Origin: an uncultured Gemmatimonadales bacterium
Lineage (GTDB): Bacteria; Gemmatimonadota; Gemmatimonadetes; Gemmatimonadales; GWC2-71-9
Length of the DNA stretch: 64,000 nt
NCBI GenBank assembly: GCA_963798915.1
Contig: CAWCVB010000005.1
Span: 453,158-517,157 of the forward strand
Direction: 5' to 3'
Both the position numbers and the translations under genes were made by a program. Positions 48,841-59,100 of the stretch are shown here, piece by piece. Each line of letters starts with the position of its first letter. Position 1 is the first letter of the stretch. The notes under the pieces are model-generated. The model searched no databases, was not told the DNA's origin, and saw only the letters and a list, made by a program, of their open reading frames with translations.

Positions 48841-49080
48841 ATGCGACTCGGCCTGCTCACAATCGGTGGCGTTGCGGCGGGTGTGGCGCTCGCCGCCATG
48901 CTGGCGCCCGCTGCGGCGGCGGCCACCGATTTCGGCTGTTCAGGAGGGATCATTTGGTGCGGGAGGGTTGACGATCCGCATACCAACGAGAACTGTACCC
49001 ACTTTCAACTGGACCCTAACACGGGTCACCTTGTTTGTACGGAGTGGTCGGGAACGGATACGTATCGCCATGGACCGTGA
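48841..49080 (+). CDS. Small secreted Cys-rich peptide (79 aa)
   Basis: AGGAGG RBS, Sec signal ending APAAAAA, mature part with four Cys. Confidence 0.75.
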   Translation: MRLGLLTIGGVAAGVALAAMLAPAAAAATDFGCSGGIIWCGRVDDPHTNENCTHFQLDPNTGHLVCTEWSGTDTYRHGP

Positions 49081-49142
49081 GAGACGGTTCTCATGAGTCT
49101 CGCGCCGCGCGCCAATGCGGTGCGCCATTCCGAAAGACAGTG

Positions 49143-49658
49143 ATGCGATTCCTGGCGCTGGCGTGCGTTACTCTCGCGATGGCCGCTCCGATGGACGGCG
49201 ACCATAGATCACCGTCGCCAGCTCAAGTGATGTTGTCGCATGCTCATCGCCCAACAGCGACCGTTGTGTTTCGCTCAACGGATTGCGGCTTCACCTTGGC
49301 AGTGTTCGATGAATTGGAGCGTTGGGCCCTTGATGGGCGCCTTGAGCTTCGGGGCTATATCGTGGGAAATGTCGCAGCTGGTAAACTCCCCAGTTTCAAG
49401 CGTGCGTACCGAATTGGATTCCCGCTCAGGTCCTTCACGGAGCGCGAGGCAAGGCGATGGATGACAGACAACCTGATTAAGGAGACACCGACCCTCTTGG
49501 TCACCGACTCGAGCGGCAATACGCTCTTTGTTACGAAGCTGAGTGGACAGGCGGCGGAGGCACAAATCGTGCGGGATCAGCTCGCGCATGTAATGCCGGT
49601 GGTCTCGAGCCCGAGCCAAGCTGCGCGGGCGAACCCAGCTGCACCGAGCCTGGAATGA
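49143..49658 (+). CDS. Exported thioredoxin/TlpA-like fold protein with single active-site Cys
   Basis: Signal peptide, VVFRSTDCGFT, IKETPTLLVTDSSGN (cis-Pro loop pattern). Confidence 0.6.
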   Translation: MRFLALACVTLAMAAPMDGDHRSPSPAQVMLSHAHRPTATVVFRSTDCGFTLAVFDELERWALDGRLELRGYIVGNVAAGKLPSFKRAYRIGFPLRSFTEREARRWMTDNLIKETPTLLVTDSSGNTLFVTKLSGQAAEAQIVRDQLAHVMPVVSSPSQAARANPAAPSLE

Positions 49659-50686
49659 ACCGGTACTGTGGGCCGGTCGTTGCGGCGATCTTGCTGGTCA
49701 GTTGCGAGGGTCCTGCGGTCGGGGTGAAAGAGGCGCCGGGCAAGGCGGCGGTCGAAGCTCATGGTGCGACGCCTCTTCAACGAGTGTATCGCAGGGATGT
49801 TGGTACGTTCCGCCATGTTCGTTTCATGGGTGACAGTCTTCCGGCATCCCCGACGCTCGTGGCAGCTCGCGGCGACACGATTTTTGTAGCTGGGCAGGAT
49901 AACGCCATTACCGCCTTCGATGGTCAGGGTACGTACCTCTGGACCTTCGGCAGAAAGGGCCAAGGCCCGGCTGAATTCTCCCGCATCCGGGACATTGAGC
50001 CTACGGCGGAGGGCCTCGCCGCCTATGACCCGGTCAATGGCAGGATTACGGAGATTGACGGTCGAGGGGTTCTGTTGCGGGAGACCAGCCTCGCCGAGGT
50101 GCCACGTGGCGATCAGTTTGCGCCATTGCAACATCATCGCTATGCGATCGTCACCACATCGATTTCCGAGCCCCGAAATGTCGTTGTCGTAGATACGCTG
50201 GGACGAGTTGTCGGGAGTCTTCAATGGCCATGGACGGCTTACGACTCGCTCGATCCCATTGCTCGCCAGGTCGTAACTGCCGCAGCGACGGGGGGAAAGT
50301 GGGTTGCTGGATTCCGGTTGGGCGACGGCTGGTACTCGCTGAGAGACACTGTGCTTAGTGGTGCGGTGCATTCATTCGCCCGACATGTTGACTTTCCTGC
50401 GCTGATCGTGGAGAAGGATCCATCGGGGCGGTCTTCGACTCATCTGGGACGCGCTGAGGTGGCAGCAATGACCGTCGCATTGCGCGGGAGGTCCCTCTTC
50501 GTGCTGTTCGGAGGTACTGGCGACAGCGCATTCAGAATCGTTGATGTTCACGATGCTGTCACCGGGAAGTATGAGAACTCGATACTGCTCCCAAACGCGT
50601 CATCCGGTGTGGCCGTGGGTCCGGACTTGATGGTGTCGATCGTCACTGATCCTGAGCCGGGACTGGACATCGTGTCGTTGAAATAG
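49655..50686 (+). CDS. 6-bladed beta-propeller lipoprotein (NHL-like)
   Basis: Lipobox LLVSC, FDGQGTYLWTFGRKGQGPAEF. ATGA overlap. Confidence 0.8.
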   Translation: MNRYCGPVVAAILLVSCEGPAVGVKEAPGKAAVEAHGATPLQRVYRRDVGTFRHVRFMGDSLPASPTLVAARGDTIFVAGQDNAITAFDGQGTYLWTFGRKGQGPAEFSRIRDIEPTAEGLAAYDPVNGRITEIDGRGVLLRETSLAEVPRGDQFAPLQHHRYAIVTTSISEPRNVVVVDTLGRVVGSLQWPWTAYDSLDPIARQVVTAAATGGKWVAGFRLGDGWYSLRDTVLSGAVHSFARHVDFPALIVEKDPSGRSSTHLGRAEVAAMTVALRGRSLFVLFGGTGDSAFRIVDVHDAVTGKYENSILLPNASSGVAVGPDLMVSIVTDPEPGLDIVSLK

Positions 50687-50799
50687 CGATTTGCTGCCCG
50701 GTATGGACGCTCGAATGCTCCGGTCGTCGTGCTGTTACGTAAGGATGGCCCCGCCACTTGGGCGTGGGAATGAACGACGAATAACGCTCCTTTGAAGGC

Positions 50800-50840
50800 A
50801 TGAAAAGCGGTGTCCGGGATCTCGGGCGCCGCTTTTTCAT
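50800..50840. terminator. Bidirectional intrinsic terminator between convergent propeller genes
   Basis: ATGAAAAGCGGTGTCCGGGATCTCGGGCGCCGCTTTTTCAT with A and T tracts on either side. Confidence 0.75.
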
Positions 50841-50899
50841 AAGGCCGGTCCCGAACTGCCGGAGGTTGGTTCAATCGTGTTCAACAACGCCGGACTGAT

Positions 50900-52116
50900 T
50901 CAGCGAGGCAGCACTTCGAGAACCTGAACCACTGGGCTCCCGTCCGAATCAGCACCGATGCCATAGAGTCGGCCTTCATGGATCCGTTTGAACATGAAAC
51001 CGGCGGGTACGCGGACCTCCGTTGATTTGCTCCCGTCAGGCGCGTAAACGAGCCACCTTCGGGATCCCGTCTGGTCGAACGAAAAGTTCGGGGCATCTCC
51101 AATTCGAACATCATCCGCCGTGGCAGGACAATTGAGCCACACGTCGCCATTGTCGGCAGTGATGATCGCACTCCACGGTGGATAGTGCTTGGCGTACTGC
51201 GCTGCACGAGCGCAGCGGCGGCCTGCTCGCGTTGCTGCATTCCAGTGCGCCCGAGTTCTTGATCGACCAGCACCGCAATATCGGGCGCAGTGAGCTCCGG
51301 CAGTTCGAGCGAGCTTTTCCAGACTCCAAGCAGCGAGAAAGCCGAGTCGGAATGCCAGAGCTCGAAGCGATCGGTCGAACCAAGGAAGATACCGTCAAGA
51401 CTGGCCGCCCATACCGGCATGGCGGCGTACAGCCCAGTCTGGGGAGTCGTGCCGGCATGAAGCCGGGTGATCACTGAAGCGGTATCGGAGAAGAGCCTGG
51501 AAACTTCGACGGCAGGTTCAATCACGCCGCGATCTTGCGCATCTCTGCCCAACGTGCTGGCTGCCCGAAAGACGCGATGCGGACTGAAGGCAGCATAGCC
51601 GACTGGTAGCCCGGAACCGAACGGCATGGAAAGGGCGCCGCGATAGGCGCCGTCCTGTCCAAACTGTTCGAGCCTTCTCGCGGAAGGGTTGGGAACGTAG
51701 ACCGTTCCATCCGGCCCGAGAAACAGCCGGACCAACCCCTTACCCAGTTCGCCGGGGCCCGTGCCGAATCGACCGAACACTTCGGTCACGTTTCCAGAAT
51801 TGCCAAGCCGGAAGATGTGACCCAGCCCGGCATCCAGTACCAAGACATCGTCGTCTTCAGCGACCGCCAAATCCACCGGGTTGACGAACGGCTCCGCACT
51901 ACCTGCTGTCTGCCAAGAGACCTTGGTGCCTCGAGCGCAATCCGCCTCCCAGCTCACATCCCACGAATCCAGCTCAGACATTGCAGGTATTCCAGATGAA
52001 TGGCCGGCTGATAACGGCGGAAGCCGTCCAGGCTGGCGCGAGCAGCTCTCCGCTGCGAACACGGCAGTGAGAACGAGTACTGATTGGCGCAGCAATGGTC
52101 GCGATACCGACAGCAA
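50900..52116 (-). CDS. 6-bladed beta-propeller protein (frameshift near 51200)
   Basis: FVNPVDLAVAEDDDVLVLD, FGRFGTGPGEL. The C-terminus (YPPWSAIITADNGDVWL...LYGIGADSDGSPVVQVLEV) lies in another frame (ORF 50900..51142). Confidence 0.7.
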
Positions 52117-52466
52117 TGCGCTGCATCACGCTCACAGCGCTCTCCTTGCTAAGGGGTCATGCGTGCAGCCAGCGGGCGCCGCGTCATTCCGGTCAGCTGA
52201 TCCAGGTCGCCGCTGGACAATCCTCCCAAGTGAGCGGAAGAGACTCCGCCCTTGGAGTCAGCCAGCATCGTAAGAGGAACCGCCTGCGCATGCCAGTTAC
52301 TGCCAACGATCGCAGGCTGGCGCAGCAGCTGCTTATCGTGTGACGTAGCGGCAGTCGGGCGGAAGTAGGATAGGGCCGCACCCGGTGGCAACGCTGTCAA
52401 GCGATGAGCTCGGGCACGGCGCGACCGGCCCCTAGGCGCCGGCTTGTGCCCGGGCGGATCATCCGC

Positions 52467-52532
52467 GATGAGGCGCACCCGGGGGGCAAGGACAGTCTGC
52501 TCAGCCTCAGGGAGAACATCGTCATCGGCGAC
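52467..52532 (+). repeat. Degenerate third copy of an rpoC 3' segment
   Basis: Translates DEAHPGGKDSLLSLRENIVIGD versus rpo[23 protein letters not shown] (40249-40314), without gaps. Confidence 0.75.
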
Positions 52533-52782
52533 CCCGGTTGGTACGGCCTTGGAGTCAGAGTAGCCCAAGCGGCCCGAGCCCGCTCCAACAGTCCGTGGCC
52601 AGCGGCTGCTGTCAGGAAACCGTGACTTTCGCCATTCTCTTGGATGACCGTGTGCGGCAGCGCGGCCATTTGCAACGCCCACCCGTGGGTCCATGTGAGG
52701 CCGCTCACGGGGCTGGACGGGCCAATGTCCCAGTTTGGGAAGGGACCGCGAGGCCAGCACCCGAGCCCAGGAGGACCAGACC

Positions 52783-53073
52783 ATGGCCAGGAACAGCTCG
52801 CGCGATTATGCGCTCATGACTGATGACGAACGACGCCGCTTCGCCGCTGAACAGCAGACGGAGGAGCCCGCGCCGATGGAGTTTGACGAGCCGCGGAAGA
52901 TGGGAAGTCAGGGACACAGCCAGATTGACCAGGAGGAGGAAGCCAAGGACGAGGAACATCGTGACGGGGCGGCGGCGCAGCTCGATGAGGATGCTCACGA
53001 CGAAGCCGTTGAGGAGCACGACGCCAGTTCCGTCGAGCCACCAGCCACGGCGTCTCGGCCGCGCCGGGCCTGA
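52783..53073 (+). CDS. Small acidic, probably disordered protein
   Basis: AGGAGG RBS, MARNSSRDYALMTDDERRRFAAEQ..., D/E-rich. Confidence 0.65.
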   Translation: MARNSSRDYALMTDDERRRFAAEQQTEEPAPMEFDEPRKMGSQGHSQIDQEEEAKDEEHRDGAAAQLDEDAHDEAVEEHDASSVEPPATASRPRRA

Positions 53074-53322
53074 CGACCCGATTGTCTCGCGCTGTCATTG
53101 TGAGACGGCGCCGCTGTCGAAGCAACCTGGCCGCCGCGTCGGAACCTCTGGCCCACGGCAGCGAGCTCCGCCCAGGATCTCGATCGGGCTGCCAGATTGC
53201 TTCGCACGCCCGATGGGCAAGCTCGCAATGACATCCTATCGTGACCCGTGACCCGTGACGTGACCGTGATCGCGACCCGCGACCCGCGACAGATCTTCCC
53301 CCGCCCACGTATATTGATTCCC

Positions 53323-53664
53323 ATGCCTCTGGCTGTCCGGCTCCGCGCACTGTTCCTCGCCCTGCTGTTCCTGGGCGGGAGCTTCGTGGTGCCGGTACTG
53401 GATGGTGTGCTCTATCACTCGGGTCGGATTCATCTGGTCGCCCGGGTGCATCTCGATGCCCAGAGCGACCAGTCCTGTCACGCCGAACGGTGCCTCCTCG
53501 ACACGCCCATTGCCGGCGCGAGTCTCGAGGCCGCCGGGTCGCAGCAAGTCTCGGCCGCCAGCGAGACCCCCACGGTTGCGACCGTCCGGCCTGTGCCTGT
53601 TCCTCCCTCCCTCCTCAGCACCTCCGCTCTTCATTCACGAGCTCCACCGATCCGCTACAGCTGA
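53323..53664 (+). CDS. DUF2946/CzcI-like leader protein with C-terminal RAPP motif
   Basis: Hydrophobic N-terminus, His/Cys cluster (H...H...H...CHAERC), Pro/Ser linker, HSRAPP near the stop. Directly upstream of a metal efflux operon. Confidence 0.7.
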   Translation: MPLAVRLRALFLALLFLGGSFVVPVLDGVLYHSGRIHLVARVHLDAQSDQSCHAERCLLDTPIAGASLEAAGSQQVSAASETPTVATVRPVPVPPSLLSTSALHSRAPPIRYS

Positions 53665-53739
53665 ACCGCACGCTCGCCCATCGCGGCAGGCGTGCGCCCG
53701 ACAGATTCCCCAACGCTCACCCACGGACCGGAGCATCAC

Positions 53740-55002
53740 ATGGTCAGGGCGATGGTCGTTGGCGCGCTGTGCGTGGCGGTGTCAGTGCAGGCCCAGGAGC
53801 CCGCTGACAGCCTGACGCTCACGCGCGACCGGGCGATCGCACAGGCGCTTGCGGGCAGTCCTCTGCTCGCAATCGCTCGAGAACAGGTTGCACAGACCAG
53901 GGCACAGGGCACGCAGGCCAGTGCCTTTCCGGATCCCGAAATCGGGGCCGACTGGGCGGGACTGTCCAGGCCCTTCGGGTTCGGGACACGGACCGCCTCC
54001 GACGTGAGTGTCGGGCTGACGCTGCCGTTTCCCCAGAAGTTGCTGCAGCAGGGTTCGGCCGGCCGATCCACGGTCCGATCGGCGGAGTTTGCCTACCAGC
54101 AGCAGCGGCAGGCCGTGGCGGCTGAGACCGCGCAGGCCTATGACGCGCTGCTCGTCGCGCTCCGGCATGGCCGGGATCTCGCCGACGCGCGCCAGCTCGC
54201 CGCCGACTTCCTGGAACGCACCGAAGCCCGGTTTGCCGGGGGAACGGTGCCTCGGATCGACGTGATCAAGGCCCGCGTCGATCTGGCGCAGGCGGAGAAC
54301 GATCGGATTGCCAACGAGCGGGACCAGGCCAATGCCCGGAGCGCGCTCAATCGCTCGATGGGGCGAATGCTGCGACTCCCGCTGGTGCCCGCCGACTCGC
54401 TCGCGCTGCCGGACACACCGGGTCCGCTCGATTCGCTCATTGATGTCGCGCTGGCCCGCCGACCTGAACTGCGCGGCCTCGACGCCGATCGTGCTGCCGC
54501 CCGGTCCACGGCGTCGGTGGCGCAGCAGTACTTCCTGCCTGATCTGTCCCTCTCCCTGGAGAAGAACGCGGTGACTGGCAGCCCCAACGAATACACGCTA
54601 GGGCTGGGCTTTTCGGTGCCGCTCTTCTTCTGGAATCACCAGCGGGGAGAGGTGGCGGAAGCGCGGCACCGCGTGCGGGAGCTGGACGCGGCCTACCGCG
54701 ATCTCGAGGCCGGTGTCGAGCAGGATGTGCGCGTGGCCTGGGCATCGGCTGATGCCGCCATTCGGCAGGCCGCCTATCTCGAGACGGAGCTGCTTCCGGA
54801 AGCTCAGCGCGCGTACGACATCGTCGCGCGCAGCTATGCCCTGGGCGGATCCTCGGCCCTCGACGTACTCGACGCCCGCCGAACCTTGATCGATTCCGAG
54901 AATCAATACGCGGAAGCACTGGGCGCGGCCAACGACGCTGTGTTCCAGTTGCGGCTCGCCGTGGGTGAGCCCGTCGCCACTGTCACCGGAGAGCCACGAT
55001 GA
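53740..55002 (+). CDS. TolC family outer-membrane factor (CzcC-like)
   Basis: Signal peptide, two OEP repeats, LGFSVPLFFWNHQRGEV, SYALGGSSALDVLDARR. Confidence 0.9.
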   Translation: MVRAMVVGALCVAVSVQAQEPADSLTLTRDRAIAQALAGSPLLAIAREQVAQTRAQGTQASAFPDPEIGADWAGLSRPFGFGTRTASDVSVGLTLPFPQKLLQQGSAGRSTVRSAEFAYQQQRQAVAAETAQAYDALLVALRHGRDLADARQLAADFLERTEARFAGGTVPRIDVIKARVDLAQAENDRIANERDQANARSALNRSMGRMLRLPLVPADSLALPDTPGPLDSLIDVALARRPELRGLDADRAAARSTASVAQQYFLPDLSLSLEKNAVTGSPNEYTLGLGFSVPLFFWNHQRGEVAEARHRVRELDAAYRDLEAGVEQDVRVAWASADAAIRQAAYLETELLPEAQRAYDIVARSYALGGSSALDVLDARRTLIDSENQYAEALGAANDAVFQLRLAVGEPVATVTGEPR

Positions 55003-56156
55003 ATCGCCCTGCCATTTCGCTGATGCTGCTGGCCGCTCTCGGCCTCGCCACCGGCTGTGGCGATCAACCTGACGGCCAGGCGGCCACCACGCCGGCCGTC
55101 CCGGCCGATTCGGCCAGGTCGTTCCAGTTGACGGTGACGCCGGCTCAGCGACAGCGCCTGGACCTCGTCACGATTGACAGCACGTCGTTTCGTCCGGTGA
55201 TACGGGTGACCGGCGCGGTCGCGTTCGACGGGGATCAGGCGACCACCGTGCTCGCGCCGGTATCGGGGCCTGTCACCCGGGTGCTGGTCCAGCCCGGTGC
55301 GCAGGTGGCCCGGGGTCAACCCCTGGCCATGGTCTCCTCGCCGGACTTTGCCGCCGCGGTGGCGGACTATCGCAAGGCGGCAGCCACAGAACGGAATCTC
55401 GAGCGCATCGCCAAGCTTGACAGCTCGCTCTTTGCCAACGACGCCCTGGCGCGCCGGGACCTGGAGCAGGCCCAGACCGATGCGCTCGCGTCGCGGGCGG
55501 ATCGTGAGGCCGCCCTCGCGCAGTTGCGGGCCCTCGGCCTCGATAACGGCACGATGGACGCTCTCGCCGCCGGTAAGGATGTCGGCGTGGTCGCGGCCGC
55601 CATCCGGGCGCCGCTCAGCGGAACCGTGGTCGAGCGCCTGGTGAGCCCGGGCCAGTTGCTGGAAGCCGGCGCCACGCCGGCCTTCACGGTGGCCAACCTC
55701 ACGAAGATGTGGGTCATGGCCAGTGTGTTCGAGGCCGAACTCCCGAATGTCCGGCTGGGTGATGCCGCCACGGTCATGCTGACCGACCTCGCCGACACTG
55801 TCGCCGGCCGGGTGGACAATATTGCAGCCGAAGTCGATCCCCAGACGCGCGCCACCAGCGTGCGCATCGTGGTGCCGAACCAGAATCGCCTGCTCAAGAA
55901 AGACATGTACGTGCGCGTGACGATCCACTCGCGCCGCCAGCGGCGCGGCATCCTGGTGCCGGTCAGCGCCGTGCTGCGTGACGACGACAATCGGCCCATC
56001 GTGTACGTGGCGGCCGACTCCGGGCGCTTCCAGCGGCGGAGCCTCACCCTTGGCGCGCGCCAGGACAGCACCTACCTGGTGACGGCGGGTCTGCGGCCGG
56101 GCGAACGTGTGGTGACGGAGGGCGGACTGTTCCTGCAGTTTGCCGAGAGCCAGTGA
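54999..56156 (+). CDS. RND efflux periplasmic adaptor (CzcB-like)
   Basis: Lipobox LATGC, APVSGPV, IRAPLSGTV, VDPQTRA, GLRPGERVVTEG. Confidence 0.92.
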   Translation: MNRPAISLMLLAALGLATGCGDQPDGQAATTPAVPADSARSFQLTVTPAQRQRLDLVTIDSTSFRPVIRVTGAVAFDGDQATTVLAPVSGPVTRVLVQPGAQVARGQPLAMVSSPDFAAAVADYRKAAATERNLERIAKLDSSLFANDALARRDLEQAQTDALASRADREAALAQLRALGLDNGTMDALAAGKDVGVVAAAIRAPLSGTVVERLVSPGQLLEAGATPAFTVANLTKMWVMASVFEAELPNVRLGDAATVMLTDLADTVAGRVDNIAAEVDPQTRATSVRIVVPNQNRLLKKDMYVRVTIHSRRQRRGILVPVSAVLRDDDNRPIVYVAADSGRFQRRSLTLGARQDSTYLVTAGLRPGERVVTEGGLFLQFAESQ

Positions 56157-59100
56157 TCGCGCCGGAGGAACGAGCGTCGTTCATCAACCGGCTTGTCGCT
56201 GGCGCACTGTCGCAGCGCTTCCTCGTCATGATGCTGGCGCTCATGCTGGTGGCTGGCGGGCTCTGGTCGTTCTCGCGCCTTCCAGTGGACGCGTATCCCG
56301 ACATCGCGCCGACGATGGTGGAGATCGTGACCCAATGGCCGGGGCACGCCGCCGAGGAGGTGGAGCGACTGATCACGGTGCCCCTGGAAGTGGAAATGAA
56401 CGGGCTTCCACGGCTGGAAGTCGTCCGGTCAGTTTCGCTGTATGGGCTTTCCGACGTCACGCTGACATTCCGGGATGGCACTGACGACTACTTTGCCCGC
56501 CAGCAAGCGTTCGAGCGCCTGCCCGGCGTGGACCTTCCCGAGGGCGCTGAGAGCGATGTGGTTCCACTGACCTCGCCGTCCGGCCTGGTTTACCGCTACG
56601 TACTCGACAGCCCCGATCGCTCGGCGATGGAGCTCAAGAACCTGAATGACTGGGTGATCGGCAAGGCATACAAGTCGGTGCCGGGCGTGGCCGACATGTC
56701 TGCCATGGGCGGCGAGACCATGCAGTACGAGGCGCAGCTCGATCCTGACCGCCTGGCGGCGGCGGGTGTCTCGGTGAGTGACGTAATGGACGCGCTGGCT
56801 CACAACAATGGAAACGCGGGCGGTGGATTCTACTCCGAAGGTGGCCAGTTCTACTACGTGCGGGGCCTGGGGCGGTTTCGTACCGTCGAGGACATCGAAA
56901 AGGTGGTCGTCACCGTGCGCAATGGCACGCCGGTCGTGGTGCGTGATCTCGGGTCAGTGGTGATCGGCCATGCGCCCCGACTGGGCCAATTCGGGTTCAA
57001 TGACCGGAATGACGCCGTGGAGGGGGTGGTCCTCATGCGCCGGGGTGAACAGGCGCAGGATGTGCTGAAGGGTGTGGAAGCCATGACCCGGCAGCTGAAC
57101 GATTCGGTGCTGCCGCAAGACGTGAAGATCCATCCGTTCTACGATCGCAGCGACCTGGTGCACCTCACGACGCGCACGGTCGAGGCCAACCTGGTGCGCG
57201 GAATTCTGCTGGTCGTCGCCGTGCTGATCTTCTTCCTGTATGACGTGCGTTCCGGACTGATCGTCGCGACGGCCATTCCGCTGGCCCTGCTGTTTGCGTT
57301 CATCTTCCTCGACTTGCGCCACATTCCTGCCAATCTGCTGTCGATCGGAGCCATTGACTTCGGGATTCTGGTGGACGGCGCGGTCTTCATGGTGGAAAAC
57401 ATTCACCGCGAGCTCGCGCTTCGCTACGGCACGGAATACCGCCTGTACGACGTCATCGTGCGGGCCGCCGCGGAAGTGGACCGGCCCATCTTCTACGCCA
57501 TGGCGGTGATCATCGCCGGGTTCCTGCCGATCTATGTACTGAGTGGTCCATCGGGCAAGCTGTTCAAGCCCATGGCGGATACCACGATCTTTGCGCTCAT
57601 CGGCTCACTGGTCGTGACGCTCACGGTCCTGCCGGTGCTCTGCACCTGGCTGCTCCGCCGCGGCGTACGGGCACGACGGAATCCCGGATACGAGTGGGTC
57701 AAGACGAAATATCTCCGGGCGCTGGACTGGTGCCTGGCGCGGCCCTGGACCACGACTGGCGTGACCTGCGCGCTGTTCGTGGCTTCGCTGCTGATGGTGC
57801 CGTTCATCGGCGCGGAGTTCATGCCGCACCTTGATGAGGGCGCGCTCTGGGTGCGGGCCACCATGCCGTACACCATCTCGTTTGACGAGTCGTCCAGGAT
57901 CGTGCCGGAGGTGCGGAAGATTATCAAGTCGTTTCCCGAGGTCACCGTGGTCGCGTCGGAGCACGGGCGGCCCGACGACGGTACCGACGCCACCGGTTTC
58001 TTCAATGCGGAGTTCTACGTCGGGCTCAAACCGTATAACGAGTGGAGCGGTCCGATCCACGGCAAGCCGGCGCTCATCGCCGCGATTGACCGGAAACTGG
58101 CGCAGTTTCCCGGGATCACGTTCAATTACACGCAGCCCGCAGAAGATGCGGTGGACGAAGCCGAGACCGGCCTCAAGAGCGCGCTCGATGTGAAGATTTT
58201 CGGCTCGGACCTTCAGGTGTTGGAGCAGAAAGCTCGGCAGGTCAAGGCGGTGCTGGCCAGAGTCCGGGGCATGGCGGACCTGACCGTGGTGCAGGAACTG
58301 GGACAGCCATCGTTGACCGTGGAGGTGGATCGCGATCGCATCGCGCGCTACGGCATCAACGCCGGCGACATCAATGGATTGCTGGAGGCGGCCGTGGGTG
58401 GGGCGGTGGCCACCGAGGTGGCGCAGGGCGAGCGGCTCTACGACCTCGTCGTCCGACTCAAGCCGGAGTTTCGTGGGACGCCGGAGGCGATCGGCGATAT
58501 CAAAGTGCCCGCACCGGACGGCCAGCTCATTCCGCTCAGGAACCTGGCCAATATCCAGATCTCCAACGGGGCGTCGTTCATCTACCGGCAGGGAGGGTCG
58601 CGCTTCATCGGCGTGCAATACTCGGTAGAGGGGCGCGACGTGGCGAGCGCCGTGCACGATGCACAGGCGGCCGTGGCCAAGGTGGTGCAATTTCCGGCTG
58701 GCTACCGGATTGTCTGGGGTGGCGAGTATCAGGACTATGTGGCCTCGCGCTCCCAGATGCGCATCATCTTGCCGCTTACGCTGCTGCTGATTTTCCTGCT
58801 GCTGTTTGCGCTGTACGGCAACTTCAAGTTTCCCGCCATCACCGTCGTGGGCGTGGTGCTCTCGGCGCCGGTCGGCGGCCTGCTCATGCTGCTCCTCACC
58901 CACACGCCATTCTCGGTGTCATCGGGCATCGGTTTCCTGGTGCTGTTCGGCGTATCAGTGCAGACCGCAGTGGTCTACATCTCATGCGCCAACCAGCTGC
59001 GCAAGGAGGGGAGGCCGATCGCGGAGGCCACCCGGGAATCGGCGGTGCTCCGTCTGCGGCCCATCATGATGACCGCCATTCTTGCGGCCATCGGCCTCTT

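Noticed and set aside
52783..53073. KGG/general stress protein assignment
   Set aside because: YALMTDDERRRFA only loosely resembles the motif and the KGG signature is absent.
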